From Janthinobacterium lividum (GTDB lineage Bacteria > Pseudomonadota > Alphaproteobacteria > Rhizobiales > Beijerinckiaceae): a DNA stretch of 64,000 nucleotides. Shown here piece by piece: positions 28,759 to 38,914 of the stretch. Position 1 is the stretch's first letter; each line of letters opens with the position of its first letter. Location of the stretch: contig JBPBQY010000044.1 of the NCBI GenBank assembly GCA_050920985.1, positions 22,123-86,122 of the forward strand, given 5' to 3'. The translations under genes and the position numbers were made by a program. A model generated the notes under the pieces. That model saw nothing but the letters and a program-made list of their open reading frames with translations, was not told the DNA's origin and ran no database searches.

Positions 28759-30057
28759 TTGGACATTCATCTCGATCCGCTCGGCGGATGGTCGGGCGAC
28801 ATGTTCGCCGCGGCCTTGCTCGATGCCTTCCCGGAGCACTGGGCCGCGGTCGAGCGCGCCGTCGCAGCGCTTGAACTCGGTCCGGCGTCTGCCATCCGCC
28901 TCGTCGCCCATCGCGACGCCGCCGGGCTGACGGGCCGGCGGTTCCTCGTCGCTGCCGAAGAGCCGAGCCACCATGATCATTCCGGCGAGGCGCATCATCA
29001 CCCTCATGATCACGACCATCCTCATCACCACGGCGAGACGGAGCATCGCCATGCCCACCGCGCCTGGTCGTCGATCCGCGCCCTGATCGAGGAGGCATCC
29101 CTCGACGCGCGGGTGAAGCGCGAGGCCGTGGCGATCTTCACGGGGCTTGCCGAAGCCGAGGGCCAGGTGCATGGCGTGCCGCCCGAGGCCGTCGCGTTCC
29201 ACGAGGTCGGTGCGGTCGATTCCATCGTCGATATCGTGGCGGCGGCGCAGCTTATCGCCCTCGTCGACGCCCGGCGCTGGACGGCCTCGCCTCTGCCGCT
29301 CGGGTCCGGCCGCGTGAGAACGGCGCATGGGATTCTTCCGGTTCCGGCGCCCGCCACTGCGCTCCTGCTGCGGGGCCTCGACACGATCGACGACGGCATC
29401 CCGGGCGAGCGTGTGACCCCGACCGGCGCCGCAGTGGCCCGTCATCTGCTTTTCGGCATCAACGGGGGCGTGCCCGGCCCGCGGCGCCTGGAACGCAGCG
29501 GCACCGGGTTCGGCACGCGCGAGATGACCGGTATCTCGAACTGCCTGCGCGTCCTCGCCTTCGAGCCCGCCGCACGCGCGGAGGCCGCTGGTCCGTTCGC
29601 CCACCGCGAGCTCGGCGTCGTCACCTTCGAAGTCGATGACCTGTCGGCCGAAGACCTCGCCAATGGACTCGACCATATCCGGGCCATGCCGGGCATCCAC
29701 GACGTCGTGCAATCGGTCGTCTTCGGCAAGAAGGGCCGGGTCGCCACGCAGGTCCAGGTGCTGGTGGCGCCGGACCGGCTCGACGACGCGATCCGTCTTT
29801 GCTTCGCCGAGACGACGACGATCGGGTTGCGTTTTCACAAGGTCCAGGGCGCCGCTTTGCCCCGTGGCTTCGACAAAGTCATCGTCGATGGCCACGAGGT
29901 ACGCACCAAACACGTGACGCGACCCGACGGCAGCCGTACCGCCAAGGCCGAAGCTTCCGATGTCTCGGCCGAGCCCGGCCATGCGTCGCGGCTGCGTCTT
30001 CGCCGAGATGCCGAGGCTCTCGCCCTGGCGCGCCTCGACGAGCAGGAGCCGCGCTGA
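28759..30057 (+). CDS. larC: Nickel-pincer cofactor nickel chelatase LarC
   Basis: GWSGDM..AALLD, His-rich Ni-storage segment, FHEVGAVDSIVDIV, HG.LPVPAPAT, VTPTGAA, GKKGR, ETTTIG.R. Confidence 0.92.
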   Translation: MDIHLDPLGGWSGDMFAAALLDAFPEHWAAVERAVAALELGPASAIRLVAHRDAAGLTGRRFLVAAEEPSHHDHSGEAHHHPHDHDHPHHHGETEHRHAHRAWSSIRALIEEASLDARVKREAVAIFTGLAEAEGQVHGVPPEAVAFHEVGAVDSIVDIVAAAQLIALVDARRWTASPLPLGSGRVRTAHGILPVPAPATALLLRGLDTIDDGIPGERVTPTGAAVARHLLFGINGGVPGPRRLERSGTGFGTREMTGISNCLRVLAFEPAARAEAAGPFAHRELGVVTFEVDDLSAEDLANGLDHIRAMPGIHDVVQSVVFGKKGRVATQVQVLVAPDRLDDAIRLCFAETTTIGLRFHKVQGAALPRGFDKVIVDGHEVRTKHVTRPDGSRTAKAEASDVSAEPGHASRLRLRRDAEALALARLDEQEPR

Positions 30058-30887
30058 TGGAGGATGAAACCACTAACGCGAGCCATCGCTTGGCCGCAGC
30101 TCTCGCCACGATCGATCGCGGCATCGCGGTCGCGGTCAGTGGTGGTATCGACAGCCTGACGCTCGCCACGGCGGCGCACGAAGCACGCTGTGATGTCGAG
30201 ATGTTCCATGCCGTGTCGGCGGCCGTACCTGGCGACGCCACGGCGCGGGTCGAGCGACTGGCCGCCGAGCGAGGCTGGCGTCTCCACGTGGTCGAGGCGG
30301 GCGAGTTCGACGACGCCGACTATGTCGCCAACCCGACCAACCGCTGCTTTTTCTGCAAGACCAACCTCTACGGCACGATCGGCCGTTACACTTCCTCTCA
30401 GATGGTCTCCGGCGCCAATACGGACGATCTTGGTGAGTACCGGCCGGGGCTCGATGCCGCGCGCAACAGGGCGGTTCGCCACCCCTATCTCGAGGCGGGG
30501 ATCGACAAGCGGACCGTGCGCTCTCTGGGCCGCGCCTTCGGCCTTGGCGAGCTGAGCGAACTGCCTGCCGCGCCCTGCCTGTCCAGCCGCGTCGAGACCG
30601 GCATCGCTATCCGGCCCGAGGTGCTTCGCGCCATTCACGCGATCGAGCGCGACCTTGCGGGCGACTTTCCGCGCGGCACCATTCGATGCCGGGTGCGGGC
30701 GTCGGGAGTGGTCTTGGAGCTCGATCCCGCGACGCTTGACGCGCTCGACCCGTCGCGGCGCGCTGCCGTGGAGCATGACGTCGAAGAGCGGTTCACCGCC
30801 CTTCTGCCCTCGACGGCGCTGACCTTTTCGGCCTATCGCAACGGCTCGGCCTTTCTTCCCGGCTTCGACAAGGGACATGCGCACTGA
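30057..30887 (+). CDS. larE: ATP-dependent sulfur transferase LarE
   Basis: PP-loop VAVSGGIDS, NP.NRCFFCK, G.N.DD.G.YRPG..AA, K..VR, PAAPCLSSRV; TGATG overlap with larC. Confidence 0.9.
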   Translation: MEDETTNASHRLAAALATIDRGIAVAVSGGIDSLTLATAAHEARCDVEMFHAVSAAVPGDATARVERLAAERGWRLHVVEAGEFDDADYVANPTNRCFFCKTNLYGTIGRYTSSQMVSGANTDDLGEYRPGLDAARNRAVRHPYLEAGIDKRTVRSLGRAFGLGELSELPAAPCLSSRVETGIAIRPEVLRAIHAIERDLAGDFPRGTIRCRVRASGVVLELDPATLDALDPSRRAAVEHDVEERFTALLPSTALTFSAYRNGSAFLPGFDKGHAH

Positions 30888-31594
30888 TGGCGGAGTTCAA
30901 GCTCGACCTCGCCCGCCACGAGCGCATCGGTCTCGACGAGGCGATCTTCTGCGCTGGCAAGACGGCCGACCAAATCGGCGCCATCCTGGACGCTTATTCG
31001 GCTGGAGGCGGGTTGCTTCTCACTCGGCTCGACGCCGGCAAATTCGAGGCCCTGCCGGCTCGCCTCCGGTCCCTGCTCGACTACGAGCCGCTGTCGTGTA
31101 CCGCCATCCTGGGGGCCTCGCGACCCGCGCGAGGCGGTGCGCCCGTCGCTGTCGTGATGGCAGGGACGTCGGATCTGCCGATGGGTCGAGAGGCCTGCCG
31201 GACCCTCGCCTTCAACGGCCAGCCGCACGGTGCTTTCACCGACATCGGCGTCGCGGGGCTGTGGCGGTTGCTGGACCGGATCGAGGAGATCCGCCGTGCC
31301 CCGGTAGTGATCGTGGCAGCCGGCATGGATGCGGCCCTGGTCAGCGTCGTCGGCGGGCTCGTGCGGGCCCCCGTTGTGGCGCTGCCGACCTCCGTCGGCT
31401 ACGGCGTCGCCGAGGGCGGCACGCCGGCGCTGCATTCCGCTCTTGCGAGTTGCGCACCCGGCGTGACGGTGGTCAATATCGACAATGGCTACGGCGCCGC
31501 CTGCGCGGCTCTGCGCATCTGCAACCTCTTGGCGGGCCGCGACTCCGGAGCGTCGACGGCTGCGCCAGACGCGGCTCACGCCGTCAGTCCTTAG
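30887..31594 (+). CDS. larB: NaAD carboxylase/hydrolase LarB (PurE-like)
   Basis: D..R..R.G..EAIFC.GKT, AGTSDLP, D.GVAGLWR, AGM.AAL.SVVGG, PTS.GYG, L.SCAPGV.VVNIDNGYGAA. Confidence 0.95.
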   Translation: MAEFKLDLARHERIGLDEAIFCAGKTADQIGAILDAYSAGGGLLLTRLDAGKFEALPARLRSLLDYEPLSCTAILGASRPARGGAPVAVVMAGTSDLPMGREACRTLAFNGQPHGAFTDIGVAGLWRLLDRIEEIRRAPVVIVAAGMDAALVSVVGGLVRAPVVALPTSVGYGVAEGGTPALHSALASCAPGVTVVNIDNGYGAACAALRICNLLAGRDSGASTAAPDAAHAVSP

Positions 31595-31608
31595 GAGAGT
31601 GGGAGTTC

Positions 31609-32649
31609 ATGACGCATCGCGACGCATCGGGGCCCGATCGGCTTCGCGCCACGGTGATCAGTCTCTATGTCCTGCTCATCGGCGCCAATGTCGGCGCCTG
31701 GCTCTGGGCTTTGGCGGCCTTCCACGACCATCCGGCGCTGCTCGGCACGGCGTCGTTGGCCTATAGTTTCGGCCTGCGCCATGCTTTCGATGCCGACCAT
31801 ATCGCCGCCATCGACAATGCCACCCGCAAGCTGATGGGCGAGGGGCGGCGTCCCGTCTCCGTCGGACTGTGGTTCTCGCTCGGCCACTCGACCGTCGTGG
31901 TGGGATTGTCGCTGCTGATCGCCGCCACCACGTCGGCATTGCAAAGCCGCTTCGACGTCTTGAAAGACGTGGGCTCGCTGATCGGGACGAGCGTGTCGGT
32001 GGCCTTCCTGTTTCTGATCGCCGCCGCCAACCTCGTGGTGCTGACGGGCGTTTGGCGGACCTTTCAACAGGTTAGGCGCGGTGGTCCGCTGGTAGAGGAG
32101 GACGTGGACCGCCTCATGGCCGGGCGGGGCGTTCTGGTTCGCCTGTTCCGTCCGGTCTTCGGGATCGTCGGCCGGTCCTGGCACATGTATCCGCTCGGGC
32201 TGCTGTTCGGGCTCGGCTTCGATACGGCGACGGAGGTCGGTCTGCTCGGTATTTCGGCCACCACGGCGAGCCAGGGCCTGTCGGTCTGGACCATCATGAT
32301 CTTTCCGGCCCTGTTCACCGCCGGCATGACGCTCCTCGACACGACGGATAGCGTGCTGATGGTAGGAGCCTATGCGTGGGCCTATGCCAAGCCGCTGCGC
32401 AAGCTCTACTACAACATGACCATTACGCTGGTGTCGGTCGTGGTGGCGGTGCTGGTCGGCGGGATTGAGGCACTCAACCTCGCCGCGGACCGATTGAAGC
32501 TCGAAGGGTCGTTCTGGACCGGGATAGGGGCGCTCAACGACGACTTCGGCGTTCTAGGCCTCGTCATCGTCGGGCTCTTTGCCGTAAGTTGGGCCATTTC
32601 GGTCGCGATCTATCGGGCCCGTGGCTACGACGACGCCAAGGTGGCGTGA
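31609..32649 (+). CDS. High-affinity Ni/Co transporter (NiCoT, HoxN/HupN/NixA)
   Basis: Signature GLRHAFDADHIAAIDN, FSLGHSTVV, LFGLGFDTATE, P.LF.AGM.L.DT.D, KLYYN. Confidence 0.95.
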   Translation: MTHRDASGPDRLRATVISLYVLLIGANVGAWLWALAAFHDHPALLGTASLAYSFGLRHAFDADHIAAIDNATRKLMGEGRRPVSVGLWFSLGHSTVVVGLSLLIAATTSALQSRFDVLKDVGSLIGTSVSVAFLFLIAAANLVVLTGVWRTFQQVRRGGPLVEEDVDRLMAGRGVLVRLFRPVFGIVGRSWHMYPLGLLFGLGFDTATEVGLLGISATTASQGLSVWTIMIFPALFTAGMTLLDTTDSVLMVGAYAWAYAKPLRKLYYNMTITLVSVVVAVLVGGIEALNLAADRLKLEGSFWTGIGALNDDFGVLGLVIVGLFAVSWAISVAIYRARGYDDAKVA

Positions 32650-32831
32650 GACCTGACTTCGGAGATGACGCGCTGCGTGCTGCTGCCATCTTTTCCCGGA
32701 GTGGGGAGATGGCTCGGCAAATCCGGTACGGACAGCGCAACTTGCCGCTGGTGATCTCCCGGAATCAAAGTTCGCCTTTTCTCTTCTCCAGTGGAGGACG
32801 GGCGCTGCGACCGCTCTTCTGGCAAAGATCG

Positions 32832-33899
32832 TCAGTTCACGATCGGAATATCGGCCTCGTCGAGGACGAAAGACGCCGGGATGTTCAAGTCCCATTGTAG
32901 GCCGGTGGACAGAAAAGCCAGATTGACCTCGCCATCCAGCGCCCGAGCCGCCAGTCGCTCCACGACTTTATGGCCGAAGCCGGTACGGTGCGGTTCCGCT
33001 ACTTCCGGGCCACCGAACTCCTTCCAACTGATGTAGAAGCGCCGCATCTCGGCATCGGTGGAATCGATCGACCAGACGATCTCGACGCGACCGTCGTTGC
33101 CCGACAGCGCTCCGAACCGCGCCGCGTTGCTGGCGAGTTCATTGAAGGCCAAGCCGATATTCTGAGCCGCCTCGGGATTGAGGTAAAGATCAGGTCCCGA
33201 GATCGAGATCCGCGCGCCCGCCGTGTCCAGAACCGGACCGAGCTGCCAGCGGACCAGTTCACCCACGAGGGCGCCGTGCCAGTCACGGGCGGCCAGCAGA
33301 TCGTGCGAGGCCGCCAAGCCGCGCAGGCGCGCCGAGAACCGATGCTCGAACTCGGCCGCCGTGATGCTGTCCTTCACGGTCTGGCGCGCCATCGCCTGGA
33401 TGATGGCAAGCAGGTTCTTCGACCGATGCGTCACCTCGCGCATGAGAAGGTGCATGTGGGTCTCGCGCTGCTTGCGCGAGGTAATATCCCGCGCCACGCC
33501 GATCAGCTCCGATCCCGATCCGGCCGGATAACGCCTGCCCTGCAGAAGCATCCAGCGCGTTGCGCCGTCCCCGGCGCGACGAATGCGGAATTCGATCAGA
33601 CAATGATCCGGCCCAGTCGGACCCGCGGCCCGGCGCAGCTCCTCGACCGTCTTCTCGGCGTCCTCTGGATCGAGCGACACCAGGAATATCTCGTTTGTAA
33701 GAGATGGGGAGCTGCTCAACCCCCAAAGCAGCGATGTCCCGCGATCCCCGAAAAAATCCTGGGTGCCGCTCTCCCAGCTCCAGATGCCGGTACATCCGAC
33801 ATCCAGGGCGAAGCGGAGACGGTCCACATGCAGACGAGGGTCTTCTGACCCGGGCTCTCGCCCGTCCGTCCCCGATGTGTCGGGCGACAGGCCACTCAT
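32832..33899 (-). CDS. PAS-containing HWE-family sensor histidine kinase
   Basis: GIWSWE; H-box E.THR.KNLLAIIQA.ARQT; NEL.SNA.RFGAL; W.E.GGP.V..P...GFG. Confidence 0.9.
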   Translation of the reverse strand: MSGLSPDTSGTDGREPGSEDPRLHVDRLRFALDVGCTGIWSWESGTQDFFGDRGTSLLWGLSSSPSLTNEIFLVSLDPEDAEKTVEELRRAAGPTGPDHCLIEFRIRRAGDGATRWMLLQGRRYPAGSGSELIGVARDITSRKQRETHMHLLMREVTHRSKNLLAIIQAMARQTVKDSITAAEFEHRFSARLRGLAASHDLLAARDWHGALVGELVRWQLGPVLDTAGARISISGPDLYLNPEAAQNIGLAFNELASNAARFGALSGNDGRVEIVWSIDSTDAEMRRFYISWKEFGGPEVAEPHRTGFGHKVVERLAARALDGEVNLAFLSTGLQWDLNIPASFVLDEADIPIVN

Positions 33900-34164
33900 G
33901 ACACGCCCTCTTCCGACACGGACGAACTCGAAAGGGCGTTAATGAATGCGAGGCCGACCCGATCGTCTCGATCAATCATTCGCGGAACTCGCACTGTCAC
34001 CCTACGCGGGGAGAAGCCCGTGCCGATCCCTCCGAAGTCCGCTTGGCCAGAAGCCAAAGCCGAACCCGAGTGGTCTGAAGGTGCGCGGCGCTTCGGTTCG
34101 AGTGAACGTCACACCGAGCGCTAGGTTCCGCCGCGCGACAACGGTGTGAGGTTGAGTATGAAGC

Positions 34165-34803
34165 TCAGCTGGCCATCGGCAGGAACATGTTCTTCAGCTT
34201 CTTGACCCGGGTCGCGAAGGCGTGGCGCCGCTGTTCGTTGGCGACCACATCCGCGCCCGTCACCCAATTGAGCTGAATGGCGCGGCGCTGCCCCTTGAAG
34301 GTCTTGTGCCCGTGCCAGGAATTATCGGACCGGCGAAACACCAGGAGCGTGCCGCCGTTGGGCGACACCTCGGCCACGGGATCGTCGAGGCTCTCGTTCG
34401 ACCGTAGCAGGCGCAGGCGTCCGCCTTCTTCTTCCCAGCCTTCGTTCAGGTAGAGCAGGACCGTGATGATCTTGGTCTTGGAATCCGTGTGGATATGGCC
34501 GTCCCGGTCCGATACGAAGCCGCGCACCGTGTACATGGTAGGCCGCCCGGTGAGGTCGATGTCGAACTTCTTTTCGACGGCGGCGCGGAAAGCCGGACCT
34601 TCCATCTCTTCCATCAGCGCCTTGAAGCGGCCCTTGATCGACAGTTCGGCCGGGGGATGCGAGCCGGGGCCGGGAATGCGCGGGAAGTCCGCGATCACGG
34701 GCTTGAACTCCACGGGCCGGATGAAATTCTCGACGATGGTGAAGTCGAACGGGTCGCGGGTCAGCGGTGTGGCGTCGAAGGCAGCAAGGTCGAGGATGGT
34801 CAC
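34165..34803 (-). CDS. 2OG-Fe(II) oxygenase family protein
   Basis: HxD motif IHTDSK, LLYLN..W...GG.LRL, distal SWHGH, R..IQLNW. Confidence 0.85.
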   Translation of the reverse strand: MTILDLAAFDATPLTRDPFDFTIVENFIRPVEFKPVIADFPRIPGPGSHPPAELSIKGRFKALMEEMEGPAFRAAVEKKFDIDLTGRPTMYTVRGFVSDRDGHIHTDSKTKIITVLLYLNEGWEEEGGRLRLLRSNESLDDPVAEVSPNGGTLLVFRRSDNSWHGHKTFKGQRRAIQLNWVTGADVVANEQRRHAFATRVKKLKNMFLPMAS

Positions 34804-35067
34804 AGAGGTCTCCGGGATCGAAGGACGCGCCGCGCCTCAAGGGCGGGGCCCATTTTTCTTCGCGGACCATGGCCGAACCGGGGCGTGAAGGCAACGCGGC
34901 GCAGGACACAGGGGACGCGTCACGAAGCGCGGGAGCTGCGACAGGCCTCGTAGGGCGGCTGCACCGCATTTCCCCGGGGTCACGATTGACAACCCCAGGA
35001 TCCCTCTCGCACAGTCCATCAACGGCTTCTGTCAATGCAAGCTGCAAGACTCTCGGGAGGTCGTCAG

Positions 35068-36711
35068 ATGAGTGAGGCCGCTGCTCGCCAGCCCGACCCT
35101 GCGCCGATTCTCGAGATGCGCAACATTTCGAAGACGTTCCCGGGCGTCAAAGCGCTGTCCAACGTCAGTCTCACCATCTACCCGGGTGAGGTCCACGCCC
35201 TCATGGGCGAGAACGGCGCCGGCAAGTCCACCCTGATGAAGACCCTGTCGGGCGCCTACCAGGCCGACCCGGGCGGCGAGATCCGTGTCGGCGGCGTGCA
35301 GCTGAGGGCCAGCGGTCCCATCGAGGCGCGCGCGGCCGGCGTCTCCATCATCTACCAGGAGCTGGCGCTGTCGCCGAACCTGACGGTGGCGGAAAACATC
35401 TACCTCAACCGTGAGCCCCGCCGCTTTGGCCTCATCGACCGCAGCGCCATGCTGAAGGGGTCGGAAGGCGTGTTGCGGCGCCTCGGCGCGAGTTTCACGC
35501 CCGGCACGCTGGTCGGCTCGCTGTCCATCGCCGAGCAGCAGATGGTCGAGATCGCGCGCGCGGTCCACGCCAATTCGCGCATCCTCGTCATGGACGAGCC
35601 CACGACCGCACTGTCGTCGCGCGAGTCCGAGAAGCTCTTCGACATCGTGCGCCAGCTTCGGCGGGACGGGCTCGCGATCATCTACATCTCGCACCGGATG
35701 GCGGAGGTCTACGAACTCTCCGACCGCGTCTCCGTGCTGCGCGACGGGACGTATGTCGGGACGATCATGCGCGACGAGATGACGCCCGAGATCGTGGTGA
35801 AGATGATGGTCGGGCGCGACCTGTCGTCCTTCTACAAGAAGAGCCATCGCTTCCAGCCCGATGCCGCGCCGGTCCTCGAGGTGCGCGGCATCGGCGACGG
35901 CCGGCGCGTTCACGACGTCTCCTTCGACCTGCATCCGGGCGAAGTGCTGGGCCTCGCCGGCCTTGTCGGGGCGGGGCGGACCGAGATGGCCCGCATGCTC
36001 TTCGGCGCCGATCCGCGCACCACGGGCGAAATCCGCCTCGCCGGCAAAACCGTGCAGATCCGCTCGCCGCAGGACGCCATCGACGTCGGCCTCGTCTACC
36101 TCACCGAGGACCGCAAGGCCGAGGGCGTCCTGCTCGACATGTCGGCCAAGGACAACATCAACCTCATGGTCTTCAGCAAGGATGCCAGGGCTGGCGTCCT
36201 CGACCTCGGACAGGCGCTGCGGCGCTGCAAGGACGCCATCGGGGCGATGAAGATCCGGGTCGCGGGCCCCGACATCACGGTGGGGTCGCTATCCGGGGGC
36301 AACCAGCAGAAATGCCTGCTGTCGCGCCTGCTCGAGACGCGGCCCATGGTGCTCATCCTCGACGAGCCGACCCGCGGCGTCGATGTCGGCGCCAAATCCG
36401 AAATCTACCGGATTATCGACGATCTCGCCAAACAGGGTGCCGGCATCCTGGTGATCTCCTCCGAGCTTGCCGAGGTGGTGGGCGTCTCCGATCGCGTCAT
36501 CGTCATGCGCGAGGGGCACCTCGAAGGCGAAGTGTCGGGCGACGCCATCGACCAGGAGAACATCATCGCGCTCGCCACGGCGGCGAAACGCGCCGGTCCC
36601 GGAGACGACGATGCGGCCGGTCGCGCCAGCCTGGAGCTGGGCGACCGGGCGCCGGCCGGCCAGGTCGCGGTCGGCCATAGCCCTGGCGCCTCGCGGCCGA
36701 CCGCGCATTGA
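35068..36711 (+). CDS. Monosaccharide ABC transporter ATP-binding protein (RbsA-like, two NBDs)
   Basis: [43 protein letters not shown]. Confidence 0.95.
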   Translation: MSEAAARQPDPAPILEMRNISKTFPGVKALSNVSLTIYPGEVHALMGENGAGKSTLMKTLSGAYQADPGGEIRVGGVQLRASGPIEARAAGVSIIYQELALSPNLTVAENIYLNREPRRFGLIDRSAMLKGSEGVLRRLGASFTPGTLVGSLSIAEQQMVEIARAVHANSRILVMDEPTTALSSRESEKLFDIVRQLRRDGLAIIYISHRMAEVYELSDRVSVLRDGTYVGTIMRDEMTPEIVVKMMVGRDLSSFYKKSHRFQPDAAPVLEVRGIGDGRRVHDVSFDLHPGEVLGLAGLVGAGRTEMARMLFGADPRTTGEIRLAGKTVQIRSPQDAIDVGLVYLTEDRKAEGVLLDMSAKDNINLMVFSKDARAGVLDLGQALRRCKDAIGAMKIRVAGPDITVGSLSGGNQQKCLLSRLLETRPMVLILDEPTRGVDVGAKSEIYRIIDDLAKQGAGILVISSELAEVVGVSDRVIVMREGHLEGEVSGDAIDQENIIALATAAKRAGPGDDDAAGRASLELGDRAPAGQVAVGHSPGASRPTAH

Positions 36712-36751
36712 ACCTCATCCGGGACAACGACAAGACAAAGGGGCAGGAACC

Positions 36752-37795
36752 GTGAGCACCGCCAATCCCGTGAAGCCCGAGGTGAATTCCTCCGCCATCG
36801 CCAAGCAGCGCATGCGGTCCTTCATTCAGACCGCCGGCATGCTGCCGGTCCTGGTGCTGCTGGCGGTGCTGTTCAACTTCCTCAGCGCCTATGGGGATAC
36901 GGGAACGTTCAACTGGTCGGCCGGGCGGTTCCTCACCTCCAACAACCTGCCGGTCGTGGCGCAACTCGCCTCGATCAATGCCGTGCTGGCTACCGGAATG
37001 ACCTTCGTCATCCTCACCGGCGGCATCGACCTGTCGGTCGGCTCCATCCTGGCGGTCTCGGCGATGTCGGCCCTGATCGTGGCCCAGGGCGTCAATTACT
37101 CGGTCGTCACCATTCCGGTCGGCCTGCTGGTGGGCGCCGGTTTCGGCCTGCTCAACGGCACGCTGATCTCGGCGCTGAAGCTGCCGCCCTTCATCGTGAC
37201 CCTGGGGTCGCTGACGGCGGTGCGCGGGCTCGCCCGGCTCTTCGGCAACGACACGACGGTCTTCAACTCGGACCTGTCCTTCGCCGGGATCGCCGGCAAC
37301 TTCCAGACGCCGATCGGCGATATCTCCTGGCTCAGCATCATCGCGCTCGTGATCGTGGCGCTGGCCTGGTTCATCCTGCGCCGCACCGTGCTCGGCATCC
37401 ACATCTATGCGGTTGGCGGCAATCCGGCGGCGGCGCGCCTCAGCGGCATCAAGGTCTGGATGATCCTGCTTTTCGCCTACGGCACTTCGGGCCTTCTCTC
37501 AGGCCTCGCCGGTCTCATGCAGGCCGCGCAATTGCAGTCGGCCAACGGCCTGCAACTGGGCACCGGCTATGAACTCGACGCCATCGCGGCCGTCATCCTG
37601 GGCGGCACGAGCTTCGTCGGCGGCGTCGGCTCCGTCATCGGGACGCTGATCGGCGCGCTCATCATCGCGGTCCTGGCCAACGGGCTGATCCTCGCCGGCG
37701 TGTCCGACGTGTGGCAATATATCATCAAGGGTCTCGTCATCATCGGCGCCGTGGCGCTCGACCGCCTGCGCAACCAGGGCGGCGCCCGCACCTGA
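36752..37795 (+). CDS. Monosaccharide ABC transporter permease (RbsC-like)
   Basis: GMTFVILTGGIDLSVGS, LPPFIVTLG, YAVGGN..AARLSGI, YELDAIAAVILGGTS. Confidence 0.95.
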   Translation: MSTANPVKPEVNSSAIAKQRMRSFIQTAGMLPVLVLLAVLFNFLSAYGDTGTFNWSAGRFLTSNNLPVVAQLASINAVLATGMTFVILTGGIDLSVGSILAVSAMSALIVAQGVNYSVVTIPVGLLVGAGFGLLNGTLISALKLPPFIVTLGSLTAVRGLARLFGNDTTVFNSDLSFAGIAGNFQTPIGDISWLSIIALVIVALAWFILRRTVLGIHIYAVGGNPAAARLSGIKVWMILLFAYGTSGLLSGLAGLMQAAQLQSANGLQLGTGYELDAIAAVILGGTSFVGGVGSVIGTLIGALIIAVLANGLILAGVSDVWQYIIKGLVIIGAVALDRLRNQGGART

Positions 37796-37901
37796 CCGGC
37801 CCCGCGTCGCGGGCCAGGACAAGCATTCCCCCGACGGATCGTCGGGCGCGAAGGAGCGGCACCGCAGCGGTGCCGCCAACCAGACACTCCAGGGAGACAC
37901 C

Positions 37902-38846
37902 ATGCTCAAGTCCATCCTCCTCGCCGGCGCCGCAGTGGCGCTCCTCGCGGGTAGCGCCCAAGCCAAGGAACTGAAGTCGATCGGCGTGTCGCTCGGCTCG
38001 CTCGGCAATCCCTTCTTCCAGGCCCTGGCCAAGGGGGCGGAATTCGAGGCCAAGAAGACCAACCCGAACGTCAAGCTGTTGGTGTTCGGCTACGAGTACG
38101 ATCTCGGCAAGCAGGTGCAGCAGATCGACAATTTCATCGCTGCCGGCGTCGATCTAATCCTGCTGAACCCCGGTGACCCCAAGGCCCTGAAGCCCGCCAT
38201 CGAGAAGGCGCAGAAAGCCGGCATCAAGGTCGTGGCGGTCGACACCTATGCGGATGGCGCCGACGCGGCCGTCACCACCGACAACGTCCAGGCCGGCCAG
38301 ATCGCCTGCCAGTTCTTCATCGACAAGCTCGGGGGCAAGGGCAACGTCATCATCGAGAACGGGCCGCATGTGTCCTCGGTGATCGACCGCGTCGACGGCT
38401 GCACGGCGGCGATCGCCAAGGCGCCCGGCATGAAGCTCCTGTCCTCCGACCAGGACGGCAAGGGCCAGCGCGACGCCGGCCTCAACGTGATGAAGAGCCT
38501 GCTGACCCGCTTCCCCGACGTTCAGGCCATCTTCGCCATCAACGATCCCCAGGCGCTGGGCTCAGATCTCGCGGCCAAGCAGCTCAACCGCACCGGGATC
38601 ATCATCACCTCGGTGGATGGTGCGCCGGACATCGAAGCGGCCCTGAAGGATCCGAAGTCGCCCGCCATTCAGGCATCGTCGAGCCAGGACCCCTATACGC
38701 TGGCCCGGAAGGGCGTCGACATCGGCGTCGACCTGCTGAATGGCAAGGAGCCGGCTCAGAAGGTCACCCTGGTCCCCTCGACCCTCGTGACCCGCGACAA
38801 CGTCAAGGACTACAAGGGCTGGCAGGCCGACCGCACCGGCGGCTGA
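37902..38846 (+). CDS. Monosaccharide ABC transporter substrate-binding protein (RbsB-like)
   Basis: Signal peptide; NPFF, V..VD, TDN.QAG, R..G, IFA.ND, DG. Confidence 0.93.
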   Translation: MLKSILLAGAAVALLAGSAQAKELKSIGVSLGSLGNPFFQALAKGAEFEAKKTNPNVKLLVFGYEYDLGKQVQQIDNFIAAGVDLILLNPGDPKALKPAIEKAQKAGIKVVAVDTYADGADAAVTTDNVQAGQIACQFFIDKLGGKGNVIIENGPHVSSVIDRVDGCTAAIAKAPGMKLLSSDQDGKGQRDAGLNVMKSLLTRFPDVQAIFAINDPQALGSDLAAKQLNRTGIIITSVDGAPDIEAALKDPKSPAIQASSSQDPYTLARKGVDIGVDLLNGKEPAQKVTLVPSTLVTRDNVKDYKGWQADRTGG

Positions 38847-38867
38847 TCGGCGCTTCCTCTCGCAACG

Positions 38868-38895
38868 CGCCCGTTCCGCATCTGCGGGACGGGCG
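38868..38895. terminator. Hairpin between convergent SBP and KAP NTPase genes
   Basis: CGCCCGTTCCGCA-TC-TGCGGGACGGGCG inverted repeat (one G-U pair) followed by ATCTTT. Confidence 0.65.
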
Positions 38896-38914
38896 ATCTT
38901 TAAGTCTTGGCTGG

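Noticed and set aside
33942-34149. Small ORFs as a NepR-like anti-sigma factor next to the HWE kinase
   Set aside because: No NepR-like I...LR..Y.....EP.PD.F..LL motif; no RBS
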